Shown here piece after piece: positions 24,602-38,199 of a DNA stretch of 64,000 nucleotides (position 1 is the stretch's first letter; every line of letters begins with the position of its first letter). Origin of the DNA: Azolla caroliniana. Lineage: Eukaryota > Plantae > Polypodiophyta. Made by a program: the position numbers and the translations under genes. A model generated the notes under the pieces. It did not search any database and was not told the origin of the DNA. It saw only the letters and a program-made list of their open reading frames with translations. Location: NCBI GenBank assembly GCA_043228905.1, contig JBHGNT010000014.1, forward strand, positions 10,478,001 to 10,542,000, in the 5' to 3' direction.

Positions 24602-24703
24602 AAAAAAAAAAGGAACACGTATTTTTCCCCTTTCCAACGTGTTCGTTTCCAAACGTATTCAAACGTTTGAATGCTACCACGAACACGAATATTACGTTCT
24701 CTG
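23679..24703. mobile_element. Non-autonomous hAT-type DNA transposon
   Basis: 8-bp TSD ATTAGAAC (23671-23678, 24704-24711); imperfect TIRs CATAGAATG / CGTTCTCTG; subterminal ATTCG/CGAA motifs; no transposase. Confidence 0.78.
24545..24598. repeat. (GA)n microsatellite
   Basis: Uninterrupted GA run inside the hAT-type insertion. Confidence 0.95.
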
Positions 24704-25275
24704 ATTAGAACTTAGCTAACAAGAATGACGGGTATACCCTGCTCTACATCCTCACCAAAAAAGTTGAGTGGAGTTAAAAATCGATCGATCTATAGAAGTG
24801 TTCGAGCCCACCAATTTGTAACGAAACAATGGGTTAGCAGAATTCCGTTCACGGATAAGGAAAACAAAATCCCTTTTAAGATTGAAATTGGATGTGTATA
24901 TAATACACAAAAAAATGCCTCAAATTAAATAATTTGGATTTATCAATTATAAGGCCAAGGGGACTTGCACCCGGTAGCTACCTCTTTATTTAGAAAAACC
25001 ATATAATTTATACGCGAGAAGTGAAATCCAAAAATAATTGACATAAATGTAAGGTTAGTGCTTGCATTCCTTGAGAGTCAACATATATTTGTTAAAAAAC
25101 AGTACTAATTAAATTAAGAGAAGGAATTATATTTTTTTCAATAATACTAATTGCAGGAGTTGGAAGTTCCATTCATTTTGAGCTAAAGTACATATCTTCC
25201 GCACATTATTTGCTGGTGATGACGAATTGAGATCTAAATGGTAATGAGAGACCTAATTTTAGACAAAATTTACAT

Positions 25276-25349
25276 GTTTCAATAGCTCAATTGGTTAGAG
25301 TGTATGGCTGTTAACCATACGGTTGGATGTTCAACCCCTCCTTGGAGCG
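25276..25349 (+). pseudogene. tRNA-Asn degenerate copy
   Basis: T-stem G53>T (GGATGTTC). Confidence 0.7.
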
Positions 25350-26362
25350 ACATGTCAATATTACCTTTTAAACCCATGTACTTGAGCCAATGAATATGAA
25401 CTAATAAAAAGGGACATAAATATATTATGATTGTTTTATAAGCTAGGTATGTCATTAAAGCAAAGATGAGAATACAAAACACGTTATGTCATGTATTTAA
25501 TTACAAGTGAGCTAAATATAGGATTACTGATTGCTTTTATCTAGCATCAACAATTCTATATTACCAAGTATCAGAAAAGGTAATGAAAAACTTTATTTTG
25601 TACAAGATTTACGTAGTTCAAGAGCTCATTTTGCTAGAGCGTACAATTGTTAGCCATAAGGTCGAAGGTTCAAGCCCTCCTTGGAGAGACATCTCAAGTT
25701 TAGATATTAACCCCATCTACTTGAACCTATAAATATGATGAACTACATAGAAAAGCACATGAATATATGTAGTTCTTTCTATAATCGCCGCATGTTATTA
25801 AAGAAAGAAGAGAATACAAACCATGTAATCACATGGATTTCATTCAAACTTAGCTAACAAGAATGATAGGTATAGCCTACTCTACATTCTCACCAAAAAA
25901 ATTGAGAGGAGTTAAAAATCGATCAATCTATAGAAGTGTTCGAGCCCCACCAAATTGTAACGACAAAATGGGTTAGCAGAATTAAGATCACGGATAAGGA
26001 AAACAAAATATCTTTTAAGATTGATATTCGATATGTATATCATACACTAAAAAAATGCCTCATATTAAATCATTTGGATTTATCAATTATAAGGCCAAGG
26101 GGCCTTGAACCCACTCCAAAAATAATTGAGATAAATGTCAAATTAGTGCTTGCGTTCGTTTTGAGTCAACATATATTTCCAAAAAACCATTCCAAATTAA
26201 ATTGAGGGAAGCAATAATATTTTTTCAATAATAATAATTGCATCACTTGGATGTTCCATTCATTTCGACATAAACTACATATCTTGCCCACATTAATTGC
26301 TGGTGACGACCAATGGAGATCTAAATGGTAATTAGATACCTAATTTTGTGCAAAATTAACAT

Positions 26363-26436
26363 GCTTCAATAGCTCAGTTGGTTAGAGCATATGGCTGTTA
26401 ACCATAAGGTCGGAGGTTCAACCCCTCCTTGGAGCG
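26363..26436 (+). tRNA. tRNA-Asn(GTT), intact
   Basis: All stems pair; differs from consensus only at position 26 (A). Confidence 0.78.
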
Positions 26437-26930
26437 ACATGTCAAGATTACCTATTAAACCCATGTATTTGAGCCTATGAATATGAACTACATAAAATGC
26501 ACATGAATATATTATGATTGTTTCATAACCTACGTATGTCAATAAAGCAAAGATGAGAATACAAAACATGTTAATGTCATGTATTTAATTACAAGTAGGC
26601 TAAGAAGATAGACGTATTATAAAAGGGAAACGAGTATAGCCTTGTCCGAATCCTCAGCAAAACCATTGCGAGAAGTTAAAAATTGTAACGATAGAATGGT
26701 TTAGGAAAATAGGATTCACGGATAAGGACAACAAGTTCTATTTTAAGATTAAAATACGACCTTGTCCGAATCCTCAGCAAAACCATTGCTAGAAGTTAAA
26801 AATTGTAACGATAGAATGGTTTAGGAAAATAGGATTCACGGATAAGGACAACAAGTTCTATTTTAAGATTAAAATACGATGCATATTAAAAACACCTCAA
26901 CCAAAATGAAAGAAAATCATGACTTGGGCT

Positions 26931-27004
26931 TGCTTTCATTCAGATTTGAACTAAAGACCTCCAACTTACGAAACAAGTGCTCTAACCAACTGAGCTACGA
27001 AAGC
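26931..27004 (-). pseudogene. tRNA-Thr degenerate copy
   Basis: CGT anticodon; T and anticodon stems disrupted. Confidence 0.72.
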
Positions 27005-28513
27005 AACTTCTTTATATAAACACCACATAGAAAATTCTTAAACATTCCCATTTACAAAAGATAGTTGAACAAATTGAGTTTAAAATAAATTTTGAATAAA
27101 CAATTCGTATTAAGGAATTCCAAATACAAGGAATCGTGCACTAGGGACGTATTTCTTTATTCACAAACTAGACATAGTTATTATGGAAAAAAACCAAATC
27201 TAAAAGTAAGTGAGCTAAATATAGGATTATTGATTGCTTTTATCTAGCATTAACAATTCTATATTACCAAGTATCAAAAAAGGTAATGAAAAACTTTATT
27301 TTGTGCATGATTTATGTAGTTCAAGAGCTCATTTCGCTAGAGCGTACAGTTGTTAGCCATAAGGTCGGAGGTTCAAGCCCTCCTTGGAGAGACATCTCAA
27401 GTTTAGATATTAACCCCATCTACTTGAACCTATAAATATGATGAACTACATAAAAAAGCACATGAATATATGTTGTTCTTTTTATAATCGACGCATGTTA
27501 TTAACGAAAGAAGGGAATACAAACCGTGTAATCGCATGGATTTCATTCAAACTTAGCTAACAAGAATGATAGGTATAGCCTACTCTACATCCTCACCAAA
27601 AAAATTGAGAGGAGTTAAAAATCAATCGATCTATAGAAGTGTTCGAGCCCCACCAAATTGTAACGACAGAATGGGTTAGCAGAATTAAGATCACGCATAA
27701 GGAAAACAAAATCTCTTTTAAGATTGGAATTTGATGTGTATATAATACACTAAAGAAATGCCTCACATTAAATAATTTGGATTTATGAATTATAAGGCCA
27801 AGGGGCCTTGCACCAAGTAGCTACTCCTTTATTCAGAGAAAAGACATAATTTATGCGCGAGAAACGAAATCCAAAAATAATTGAGATAAATGTTAGATTA
27901 GTGGTTGCGTTCCTTTTGAGTCAACATATATTTGCTTAAAAACATTCCAAATTAAATTGAGGGAAGGGTTTACGGTTTGAGATTAGTGCTTGCGTTCATG
28001 AGCTCATTTCGCTAGAGTGTACAGTTATTAGCCATAAGCTCAGAGGTTCAAGCCCTCCTTACAGAGACATCTCAAGTTTAGATATTAACCCCATCAACGT
28101 GAACCTATAAATATGAACTACATAAAAAAGCACATGACTATATGTTGTTCTTTTTATAATCGACGCATGTTATTAAGGAAAGAAGAGAATACAAACCATG
28201 TTATCGCATGGATTTCATTAGAACTTAGCTAACGAGAATGACGGGTATACCCTACTCTACATCATCACGTCAGATTAGTGCAATAATGTCAGATTCGTGC
28301 TTGCCTTCCTTTTGAGTGAACATATATTTCCAAACAAACATTCCAAATTCAATTGAGGGAAGCAATAATATTTTTTCAATAATAATAATTGCATCAGTTG
28401 GATGTTCCATTCATTTTGACCTAAACGACATATCTTGCGCACATTAATTCCTGGTGACGACCAATGGAGATGTAAATGGTAATGAGATACCTAATTTTGT
28501 GCCAAATTAACAT

Positions 28514-28587
28514 GCTTCAATAGCTCAGTTGGTTAGAGCGTATGGCTGTTAACCATAAGGTCGGAGGTTCAACCCCTCCTTGGAGCG
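28514..28587 (+). tRNA. tRNA-Asn(GTT), intact consensus copy
   Basis: GCTTCAA TA GCTC AGTTGGTTA GAGC G TATGG CTGTTAA CCATA AGGTC GGAGG TTCAACC CCTCC TTGGAGC G; full cloverleaf, A and B boxes, G73. Confidence 0.85.
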
Positions 28588-29726
28588 ACATGTCAAGATT
28601 ACCTATTAAACCCATATACTTGAGCCTATGAATATGAACTACATAAAATACACATGAATATATTATGATTGTTTTATAACCTACGTATGTCAATAAAGCA
28701 AAGATGAGAATACAAAACACGTTATGTCATGTATTTAATTACAAGTGAGCTAACAAGGTAGATGTATTATAAGAGGTAGACGAGTATAGCCTGCTCCGAA
28801 TCCTCAGCAAAACCATTGCGAGTAGTTAAAAATTGTAACGATAAAATGGTTTAAGAAAATTGGATTCACGGATAAGGACAACAAGTTCTATTTTAAGATT
28901 GAAATACGATGCATATATAATACACTAAAGAAACACCTCAAGCTGAATGAGGGAAAATCTGACTTCGTCTTGCTTTCATTGAGATTTGAATTAAAGACCT
29001 CCAGCTTACAAAAGAAGTGCTCTTGAATCCTAGGTACTTGAACCTATAAATATGAACCTCATATAAAAACACCTGAATATATGTTGTTCTTTATATAATC
29101 GACGCATGTTATTAAAGCCAGATCAGGATACAAACCATGTTATCGCATGGATTTTATTAGAACTTAGCTAAGAAGAATGACGGGTATACCTTACTCTACA
29201 TCCTCACCAAAAAATTTGAGAGGAGTTAAATATCGTTAAATCTATAAAATCGTTTGAACCCACCAAATTGTAACGACACAATGGGTTAGTAGAATTCGGT
29301 TCACGGAGAAGGAAATCAAAATCTCTTTTAAGATTGAAATTCGATGTGTATATAACACACTAAAAAATTCCTCACATTAAATAACTTGGATTTACCAATT
29401 ATAAGGCCAAGGGGGCCTACACTCGATAATTACTTCTTTATTCAGAAAGAAGACATAATTTATGCGCGAGAAACAAAATCCAAAAGTAATTGAGCTAAAT
29501 TTGAGATTAGTCCTTGCATTCCTTGAGAGTCAACAAATCTTTGTTAAAAAACATTCCAAATTAAATTGAGGGAAGTAGTAATATTTTTTCAATAATAATA
29601 ATTGGATGAGTTGGAGGTTCCATTCATTTCGAGCTAAACTACATATATTGCGCACATCAATTGCCAGGGACGACCAATTGAGATGTAAATGTTAATGAGA
29701 TACCTAATTTTGAGGAGAATTAACGT

Positions 29727-29800
29727 GATTCAATAGCTCAGTTTGTTAGAGCGTATGGTTGTTAACCATAAGATCGGAGGTTCAACCCCTCCTTGCCGCG
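29727..29800 (+). pseudogene. tRNA-Asn degenerate copy
   Basis: Acceptor stem broken, D-loop GG lost. Confidence 0.7.
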
Positions 29801-30184
29801 ACATGTGAAGGTTATCTATTAAACCCATATACTTGAGCCTATGAATATGAACTACATAAAATACACATGAATATGTTATGCTTGTTTTATAACCTACGTA
29901 TGTCAATAAAGTAAAGATGGGAATACAAAACACGTTATGTCCTGTATTTATTTACAAGTGAGCTAACAAGATACATGTATTAAAAAAGGAAGACGAGTAT
30001 ACCTTGTTCCGAATCCTCAACAAAACCATTGCGAGAAGTTAAAAATGATAACCATAGAATGGTTTAGGAAAATTGGGTTCACCAATAAGGACAACAAGTT
30101 CTATTTTAAGATTGAAATACGATGCATATAAAATACACTAAAAAAACACCTAAACCTAAATGAGGGAAAATCATGACTCGAGCT

Positions 30185-30258
30185 TGCTTTCATTCAGATT
30201 TGAACTAATGATCTCCAGCTTACTAAATAGGTGCTCTAACCAATTGAGCTATGAAAGC
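30185..30258 (-). pseudogene. tRNA-Thr degenerate copy with AGT anticodon
   Basis: Plus strand CTTACTAAAT reads TT-AGT-AA on minus; T stem disrupted. Confidence 0.7.
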
Positions 30259-31369
30259 ACCTTCCTAATGTAAACACCACATAGAAAATTCTTCAACATT
30301 CCCATTTACAAAAGATAGTGCAACAAATTGAGTTTCATATAATTTGTTATAGAGAATTAGTATTATTGAATTCAAAATACAAGGAACCTTGCACTAGGGA
30401 GCTATTTCTTTATTCACAAACTAGACATAATTATTGTGCAAAGAAAACAAATCTAAAAGTAAGTGCGCTAAATATAGGATTATTTATTGCTTTAATTTAG
30501 CATCATAAATTCTATATTACCAAATATCAGAAAAGGTAATGAAAATAATTATTTTGTGCAAGATTTACGTAGTTCAAGAGCTCATTTCGCTAGAGCGTAT
30601 GGTTGTTAGCCATACGGTCGGAGGTTCAAGCCCTCCTTGGAGAGACATCTCAAGTTTAGGTATTAAACCCATGTACTTGAACCTATAAATATGAACTACA
30701 TAAAAAAGCACATGAATATATGTTGTTTGTTTTATAACCGACGCATGTCATTAAAGCAAGATGAGAATACGACACAGTGGCTTATTGCATGGATTTTATT
30801 AGAACTTACCTAACAAGAATGATGGGTATACCTTGCTCTGCATCCTCACCGAAAAATTTGAGAGAATTTAAAAATCGATTGATCTATAGAAGTGTTCGAG
30901 CCCACCAAATTGCAACGACACAGTGGGTTAGAAGAATTTTGTTCATGGATAAGGAAAAGAAAAGCTCTTTTAAGATTCAAATTTGATGTGTATATAATAC
31001 ACTACAAATATGCCTCAAATTAAAGAATTTGGATTTATCAAATATAAGGGCAAGGGGCCTTGGACTCGGTAGCTACTTCTTTAGTTAGAAAAAACACATA
31101 ATCGATGCTCGAAAAATGAAATCCAAAAATAATTGAGATAAATGTCAGATTAGTGTTTTCATTCCATGAGAGTCAATATATATTTGTTAAAGAACAGTAC
31201 TAATTAAATTAAAGGAAAGAATTATATATTTTCAATAATACTAATTGCATCATTTGGAGGTTCCATTCATGTCCAACTAAACTACATATCTTCCGCATAG
31301 TAATTGTTGGTGACGACCAATTGAAATCTAAAAGGTAATGAGATACCTAATGTTATACCAAATTTACAT

Positions 31370-31443
31370 GCTTCAATAGCTCTGTTGGTTACAACGTATA
31401 GCTCTCAACGATAAGGTCGGATGTTCAACCCCTGCTTGGAGCG
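31370..31443 (+). pseudogene. tRNA-Asn degenerate copy
   Basis: Anticodon arm heavily mutated. Confidence 0.65.
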
Positions 31444-31779
31444 ACATGTCAAGATTACCTATTAAACCCATGTACTTGAGCATATGAATATGAGCTACAT
31501 AGAAAAGCACATAAATATATTATGATTGTTTTATAACCTACGTATGTCATTAAAGCAAAGACGAGAATACAAAACACGTTATGTCATGTATTTAATTACA
31601 AGTGAGCTAACAAGATAGATGTATTATAAAAGGGAGACGAGTATACCCTGCTCTGAATCCTCTGCAAAACCATTCACGAATAAGGACAACAAGTTCTATT
31701 TGAAGATTGAAATACGATGCATATATAACACACTAAAAAAACACCTCAACCGAAATAAGGGAAAACCATGACTTGGGCT

Positions 31780-31853
31780 TTCTTTCATTTAGAGTTAAAC
31801 TCAAGACCTCCCAGTGACGAAACAAGTGCTCTAACCAACTGAGCTATGAAAAC
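31780..31853 (-). pseudogene. tRNA-Thr degenerate copy
   Basis: Positional and sequence match, many substitutions. Confidence 0.65.
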
Positions 31854-32996
31854 ACCTTCTTAATGCAAAAACACCACATATAAAATTCTTCGACATTCCC
31901 ATTTAGAAAAGATAGTTCGACAAATTGAGTTTCATATAATTTGGTATAGACAATTCGGATTAATGAATTTAAAATATAAAGAACCTTGCACTAGGCAGGT
32001 ATTTCTTTATTCACAAACTAGACATAGTTATTGTGGTAAAAAAACATATCTAAAACTAAGTGAGCTAAATATAGAATTATTCATTGCTTTTATCTAGCAT
32101 CAACAATTCTATATTACCAAGTATGAGAAAAGGTAATGAAAAACTTTATTTTGTGCAAGATTTTCGTAGTTCAAGAATTCATTTCGCTATAGCGTGCTGT
32201 AGTTAGCCATAACGTCGGACACTCAAGCCCTCCTTGGAGAGACATCTCAAGTTTAGATATTAACCCCATGTACTTGAACCGATAAATATGAACTACATAA
32301 AAAAGGACATGAAAATATGCTAATTATTCATAAAGCACATGAATATATGTTGTTTGTTTTATAACCGACGCATGTTATTAAAGCAAGATGAGAATACGAG
32401 ACAATGGGTTATCGCATGGATTTCATTAGAACTTAGCTACCAAGAATGATGGGAATACCCTTCTCTACATCCTCACCAAAAACTTTGAGAGGAGTTAAAA
32501 ATCAATCGATCTATAGAAGTGTTCGAGCCCACCAAATTGTAACAGCACGGTGGGTTAGAAGAATTCAGTCCACGGATAAGGAAGACAAAATCTCTTTTAA
32601 GATTGAAATTCGATGTGTATATAATACACTAAAAAAATGCCTCAAATTAAATAATTTGGATTTATCAATTATAAGGCCAAGGGGCCATGCACCCGGTAGC
32701 TACTTCTTTATTTAGAAAAAGCACATAATTGATGCACGAGAAATGAAATCCAAAAATAATTGAGATAAATGTCAGATTACTACTTGCATTCCATGAGAGT
32801 CAACATATATTTGTTAAAAAACAGTCCTAATTAAATTAAAGGAAGGAATTATATTTTTTCAATAATCCTAATTGCATGAGTTGGAGGTTCCATTCATTTC
32901 CGGCTAAACTACATATCTTCCGCCCATTAATAGCTAGTGACGACCAATTGAGATCTAAAGCGTAATGAGATACCTAATTTTATACAAAATTTACAT

Positions 32997-33070
32997 GCTT
33001 CAATAGCTCAGTTGGTTAGAGCGTATGGTTGTTAACCATAAGGTCGGAGGTTCAACCCCTCCTTGGAGCG
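32997..33070 (+). tRNA. tRNA-Asn(GTT), near intact
   Basis: Only C32>T versus consensus. Confidence 0.75.
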
Positions 33071-34056
33071 ACATGTAAAGATTACCTATTAAACCCATGT
33101 ACTTGATTGAGCCTATGAATATGAACTACATAAGAAAGCACTTCAATATATTATGATTGTTTTATGACCTATGTATGTCATTAAAGTAAAGACGAGAATA
33201 CAAAACACATTATGTCATGTATTTAATTACTAGTGAGCTAGTTCAAGCAAAGATTTATGTAGTTCAAGAGCTCATTTCGCTAGAGTGTACGGTTGTTAGC
33301 CATAAGATCGGAGGTTCAAGCCCTCCTTGGAAGGACATCTCACGTTTAGATATTAACCCCATGTACTTGAACCTATAAATATGAACTACATATAAAAGCA
33401 CATGAATATATGTTGTTCTTTATATAATTGATGCATGTTATTAAAACAAGATGAGAATACAAACCATGTTATCACATGCATTTCATTAGAACTTAGATAA
33501 GAAGAATGACGGGTTTACCCTACCCTACATGCTCACCAAAAAATTTGAGAGGAGTTAAATATCGATCGATCTATAGAATTGTTCGAACCCACCAAATTGT
33601 AACGACACAATGGGATAGCAGAATTCGGTTCATAGATAAGGAAATCAAAATCTCTTTTAAGATTGAAATTCGATGTGTATATAATACACTAAAAAAATGC
33701 CTCACATTAAATAACTTGGATTTATCAATTATAAGGCCAAGGGGCCCTGCACCCAATAGCTACTTCTTTATTCAGAAAAAAGACATAATTTATGCGCGAG
33801 AAACAAAATCCAAAAGTAATTGAGCTAAATTTGAGATTAGTCCTTGCGTTCCTTGAGAGTCAACAAATCTTTGTTAAAAAACATTCCAAACTAAATTGAG
33901 GGAAGCAATAATATTTTTTCAATAATAATAATTGGATGAGTTGGAGGTTCCATTCATTTCAAGCTAAACTACATATCTTGCGCACATTAATTGCCGGGGA
34001 CGACCAATTGAGATGTAAATGGTAATGAGAGATCTAATTTTGTGCAAAGTAAATGT

Positions 34057-34130
34057 GCTTCAATAGCTCAGTTGGTTAGAGCGTATAGCTGTTAACCATA
34101 AGGTCGGAGGTTCAACCCCTCCTTGGAGTG
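34057..34130 (+). pseudogene. tRNA-Asn copy with anticodon-stem mismatch
   Basis: TATAG/CCATA mismatch and C72>T. Confidence 0.65.
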
Positions 34131-34507
34131 ACATGTCAAGATTACCTATTAAACCCATGTACTTGAGCTTGCCTATGAATATGAACTACATGAATATATT
34201 ATGATTGTTTTATAACCTACGCATGTTATTAAAGCAAAGATGAGAATACAAAATACGTTATGTCATGTATTTAATTACAAGTGAGCTAACAAGATACATG
34301 TATTAAAAAAGGAAGACGAGTATACCCTGTTCCGAATCCTCAGCAAAACCATTGCAAGATGTTAAAAATGGTAATGATAGAATGGTTTAGGAATATTGGG
34401 TTCACGGATAAGGACAACAAGTTCTATTTTAAGATTGAAATACGATGCATATATAATACACTAAAGAAACACTTCAACCTAAATGAGGGAAAATCATGAC
34501 TTCGGCT

Positions 34508-34812
34508 TGCTTTCATTGAGATTTGAATTAAAGACCTCCAGCTTACAAAAGAAGTGCTCTAACCAACTAAGCTACGAAAGCAACTTCTTAATGTAACAAC
34601 ACATACAAAATTCTTAAACTTTCCCATTTACAAAAGATAGTCCAACAAATTGAGTTTCAAATAAATTTTTAATAGACAATTTTTGAATTTACTAAAGAAA
34701 CACCTCAACTTAAATGAGGGAAAACCATGACTTGGGCTTGCTTTCATTGAGATTTGAACTAAAGACCTCCAGCTTACGAAACAAGTGCTCTAACCAACTG
34801 AGCTACGAAACC
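34508..34812 (-). pseudogene. Two adjacent degenerate tRNA-Thr copies (34508-34581, 34739-34812)
   Basis: Local ~230-bp duplication of the Thr segment. Confidence 0.7.
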
Positions 34813-37800
34813 ACCTTCTTAAGGTAAACACCACATAGAAAATTCTTCAACATTCCCATTTACAAAAGATAGTCCAACAAATTGAGTTTCAAATTATTTG
34901 GAATAGACAATTCGTATTAAGGAATTCAAAATACAAGGAACCTTCTTTTCTTTTCTTTTTCTAAAGTAGAATATACTCCATTAGTTAAAATGACATACAA
35001 TACACAACTTTAGACATTACCTACTTCCATATGGGCTACATCACTTATTTATCTTACAGTAAATAGCCCACATGTTTGTTCTCGATGTTTGTCGTATCAT
35101 TCACGCCCCTCTATCATCTAATGGGAGGGGGGAACAGCCATCTCGGTACTACGTACTGCCATCGTATATCCTCTCCAATTTCTATAGCCATCGGTGTAGT
35201 ACACCATTGTTTTCTGAAATTTAGCCTCATTAAATCTGAAGCATCATCTGTTGCATCAATCCGCTCATATTGGGCCCTCAATGTAGTTATTAACATGTGC
35301 CATATTAGCTTAATAGATTCTGTTGGAGGACGTTTGTTTTCTAAAAACACCCTGGTACATCTTGCGGTCCAAATGTTCCATATGATAATGGGTGCTAGCA
35401 ACATCCATAGATCTTCAATTTTCTGCTTCTGGGCATTACTTCTAGGTGCACTGTTACCAGCGATCAATCGAATAGTTACATTCTCCCCTCTGTACAATCA
35501 AATTTCTCTACGTCATCATCAAGGTAATTCCAACAAGCATGTCCCTAATTGAGGGTAAATGAGCTAGAGGCATGGCAAAGCAATCGTAATGCCCTTCTCT
35601 ATACAACCGTAGCCTCATGACATTCCCAGAGATAGCGGGAAATGCTTTCTAGTTGTCCACATGCACTACATCTTGGGTCTACATTGGGGCTTTTAGTCCA
35701 CGCCCCTACTGGCAAGGCTCTATGCACAATAAGCCATAAGCACATCATTATCTTGCGGTCACCGCTGTCATGCCATATCATTTTCCAGAATTTAGCTAAT
35801 CTCCTTTCACTAATGCCCTCTTGTATCCAAAATTTACGAGCTGCAATATCTTGGTGTTCATGTTTTAGGATAATTTGCCTCTCGATTTTCGTGTTGTACC
35901 TGAAAAATTGCACCAACTTGGCACCATCACTTTGACCTTGAATTATCCAGAAATACATCGCGGGGTCCCATGATAGCTTATTTGAATGCCCTTCTATCGG
36001 CCAACACACTATCGTTGGTTTGAGCTCACTCGGCTCGGGGTCAACTGTCATAGCCTTTCCATTTTTTGCAAGCAACCTAATCAGCCTTTCAGTTTGATAG
36101 GCTGGTTGCTCACATATTACCCTTCTATGCTCTATTTTGTAGTAGTATGCCTCATTAGAACCGGCTTTCGTTCCCTTAATTCCAATTAGATAATTTTCAG
36201 CATCGATAACTCCTGTCCATTCCATTTCAGAGGGACTTATGGTTGCATCTTCCAAGATTTGCCCGCTACGTGCAAAGGCATCTGTAATCTTCATTAGCAT
36301 GCATTTACCCCTGTTTATCCTCCATATTCTAGCCTTTTGACTGCCCACATCATTACATAGAAATCTCTTCCAATCTGCCAATGTATTCCCTTGGGCATTG
36401 ATTGAATTGGCCCATTTGAAGCCTGCTTTTTGTCCTATCATCAACCCATACACATCTCTAATTAATGGGTTCCAAACAATAGGCATGTACATTCGAGCAT
36501 ATGCATCATTTCTCCACCTACAAACGATTCCCTTTCTTATTCTATTCCATGCCTTCATAATTCCAACAACACATATACTCTATGTACATCCCCGGTATTT
36601 GGGTCGCATTTCAGGCACAAACCCCCAGAAAGCGCTACTTGGCCAACTTCCACCATGTCTTGGCAACCACATCTTCCATTTGCATCTCCAGAGAATTTTC
36701 CAAGGTGCCTCAGGTGGTTGCAAGCTCCTGACCACCAATTTGCCTAGCAAGGCCTTCGTTTGCACCACAAGATCTATTAGTCCCACCCCACCTTCACTTT
36801 TATCTTTTATGAGTGTAGTCCATGCAACCTTTGCACAAGCATGTTTTTCCTCGATGCCCCCCCATAAGAAATTTCTGATCAACCAGTTTATCAATTTCAT
36901 CGACTTGGGTGCGATTATCCAACATGCCGCAATATGCCATATTGTGGCCATTAGAACCTGATTTGCAATCACAATCTTGGCTGCAAAGGATAGTTTTCTT
37001 GCATTCCACCATATTAACTTCGCTTTTATTTTGTCCACCAGTAGAGTGTAGTGTTCTGAGCGATCAACGTCCATCTTGATTTTGAAACCCAAGTATCTAG
37101 TAGCTTCTCCTCTCCTCAACCATCTGAAATTAGGGTCTAGAGCCCAATTTACCACAGGCTTATTGCTAATTCAAATGCCCACTGATTTATTCCAGTTTAT
37201 ATTCGCACCCGACCCCCTACAAAACTCATTTATTGCACTTTTTAGTCTGTCCAAGTTGTTTGCATCCCCCTTAACATAGATTGTTGTATCATCAACATAT
37301 TTTGTATCAAGCATCATTCTTGCATCATTGGGTAGGGGAAGGCCTTGTATTTGCCAATATCTATCACTAATATGATAATGCAATGCTTCTGCTGCAATAA
37401 TGAATAGGTACGGGGCCAATGGGCATCCTTGGTGTATCGATCGTGTCATCGTAAAGCTCTTCCCTAAGCTTCTAGCCATTAAAACCTGGCTGGAAGTATC
37501 CCTATAAAAGGCAGCCAATCCAAGAATCCATTGCTGCTCGAAGCCTAGGGCATCCATCACTGCTTCTAGGAATTCCCATGAGATCCTGTCATATGCTTTT
37601 TCGAAATCGAGTAACATTACTGCTAGGTCCACTCCTTGCTCCTCTGCCCATGCTGAATACTCCCAGAAAGTTATCACATTGTCAACAATGCTCCAGTTTT
37701 CGAGGAAGCCAGTTTACGTTGTATGTATTATGTCCCCTAGGACCGTTTTCAATCGACTACTTACAACTTTAGCCATTATCTTAAAGGCATTAGTGAGAAT

Positions 37801-38199
37801 CGTCAAAGGTCGCCAATTATCAAGCATAGTTAGATCTTTCCCATCCTTGAGAATTAAATAAAGCATTCCTCGACACATTGACGGAGGCATTAAACCTTCA
37901 GCCATAATGTATTGCATCCCTTCCAACATGTCATCCTTAATTAGATCCCAATATTTGATGTAAAAATATACAGGGAGTCCATCAATGCCTGCATAGCTTT
38001 GTTTGTTCATATCTGAAATTGCATCCCACAATTCTTGTATACAAATAGGGGTATTTAGACGGTCCATCAAGTTCCCGAATAAACTATTCCTTTCACACTC
38101 TGGTCTGGACATCCTTAAGCCTTCTTTGCCGGTCGGGTAACACATGGCACGCCCGTGGGACAATACCTTGTACGTCGAACCCATTATCTGGCCCTGCTA

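Larger units (their letters stand above)
20844..34944 (+). repeat. tRNA-containing macrosatellite, block 2 (mostly ~1.63-1.65 kb Asn/Thr/pseudo-Asn units)
   Basis: Asn-to-Asn spacings 20877>22530 (1653), 29727>31370 (1643), 31370>32997 (1627); several internally deleted units. Confidence 0.93.

Noticed and set aside
24112-24704. His/Asp-rich and RE/SL-repeat ORFs
   Set aside because: Low-complexity and (GA)n translations inside a non-coding transposon.
26641-26880. Near-perfect 120-bp tandem duplication
   Set aside because: Ordinary slippage or unequal exchange in a satellite, or an assembly artefact.
28517-28720. Minus-strand ORFs ending GGVEPPTLWLTAIRSNQLSY
   Set aside because: They are antisense translations of the tRNA-Asn gene.
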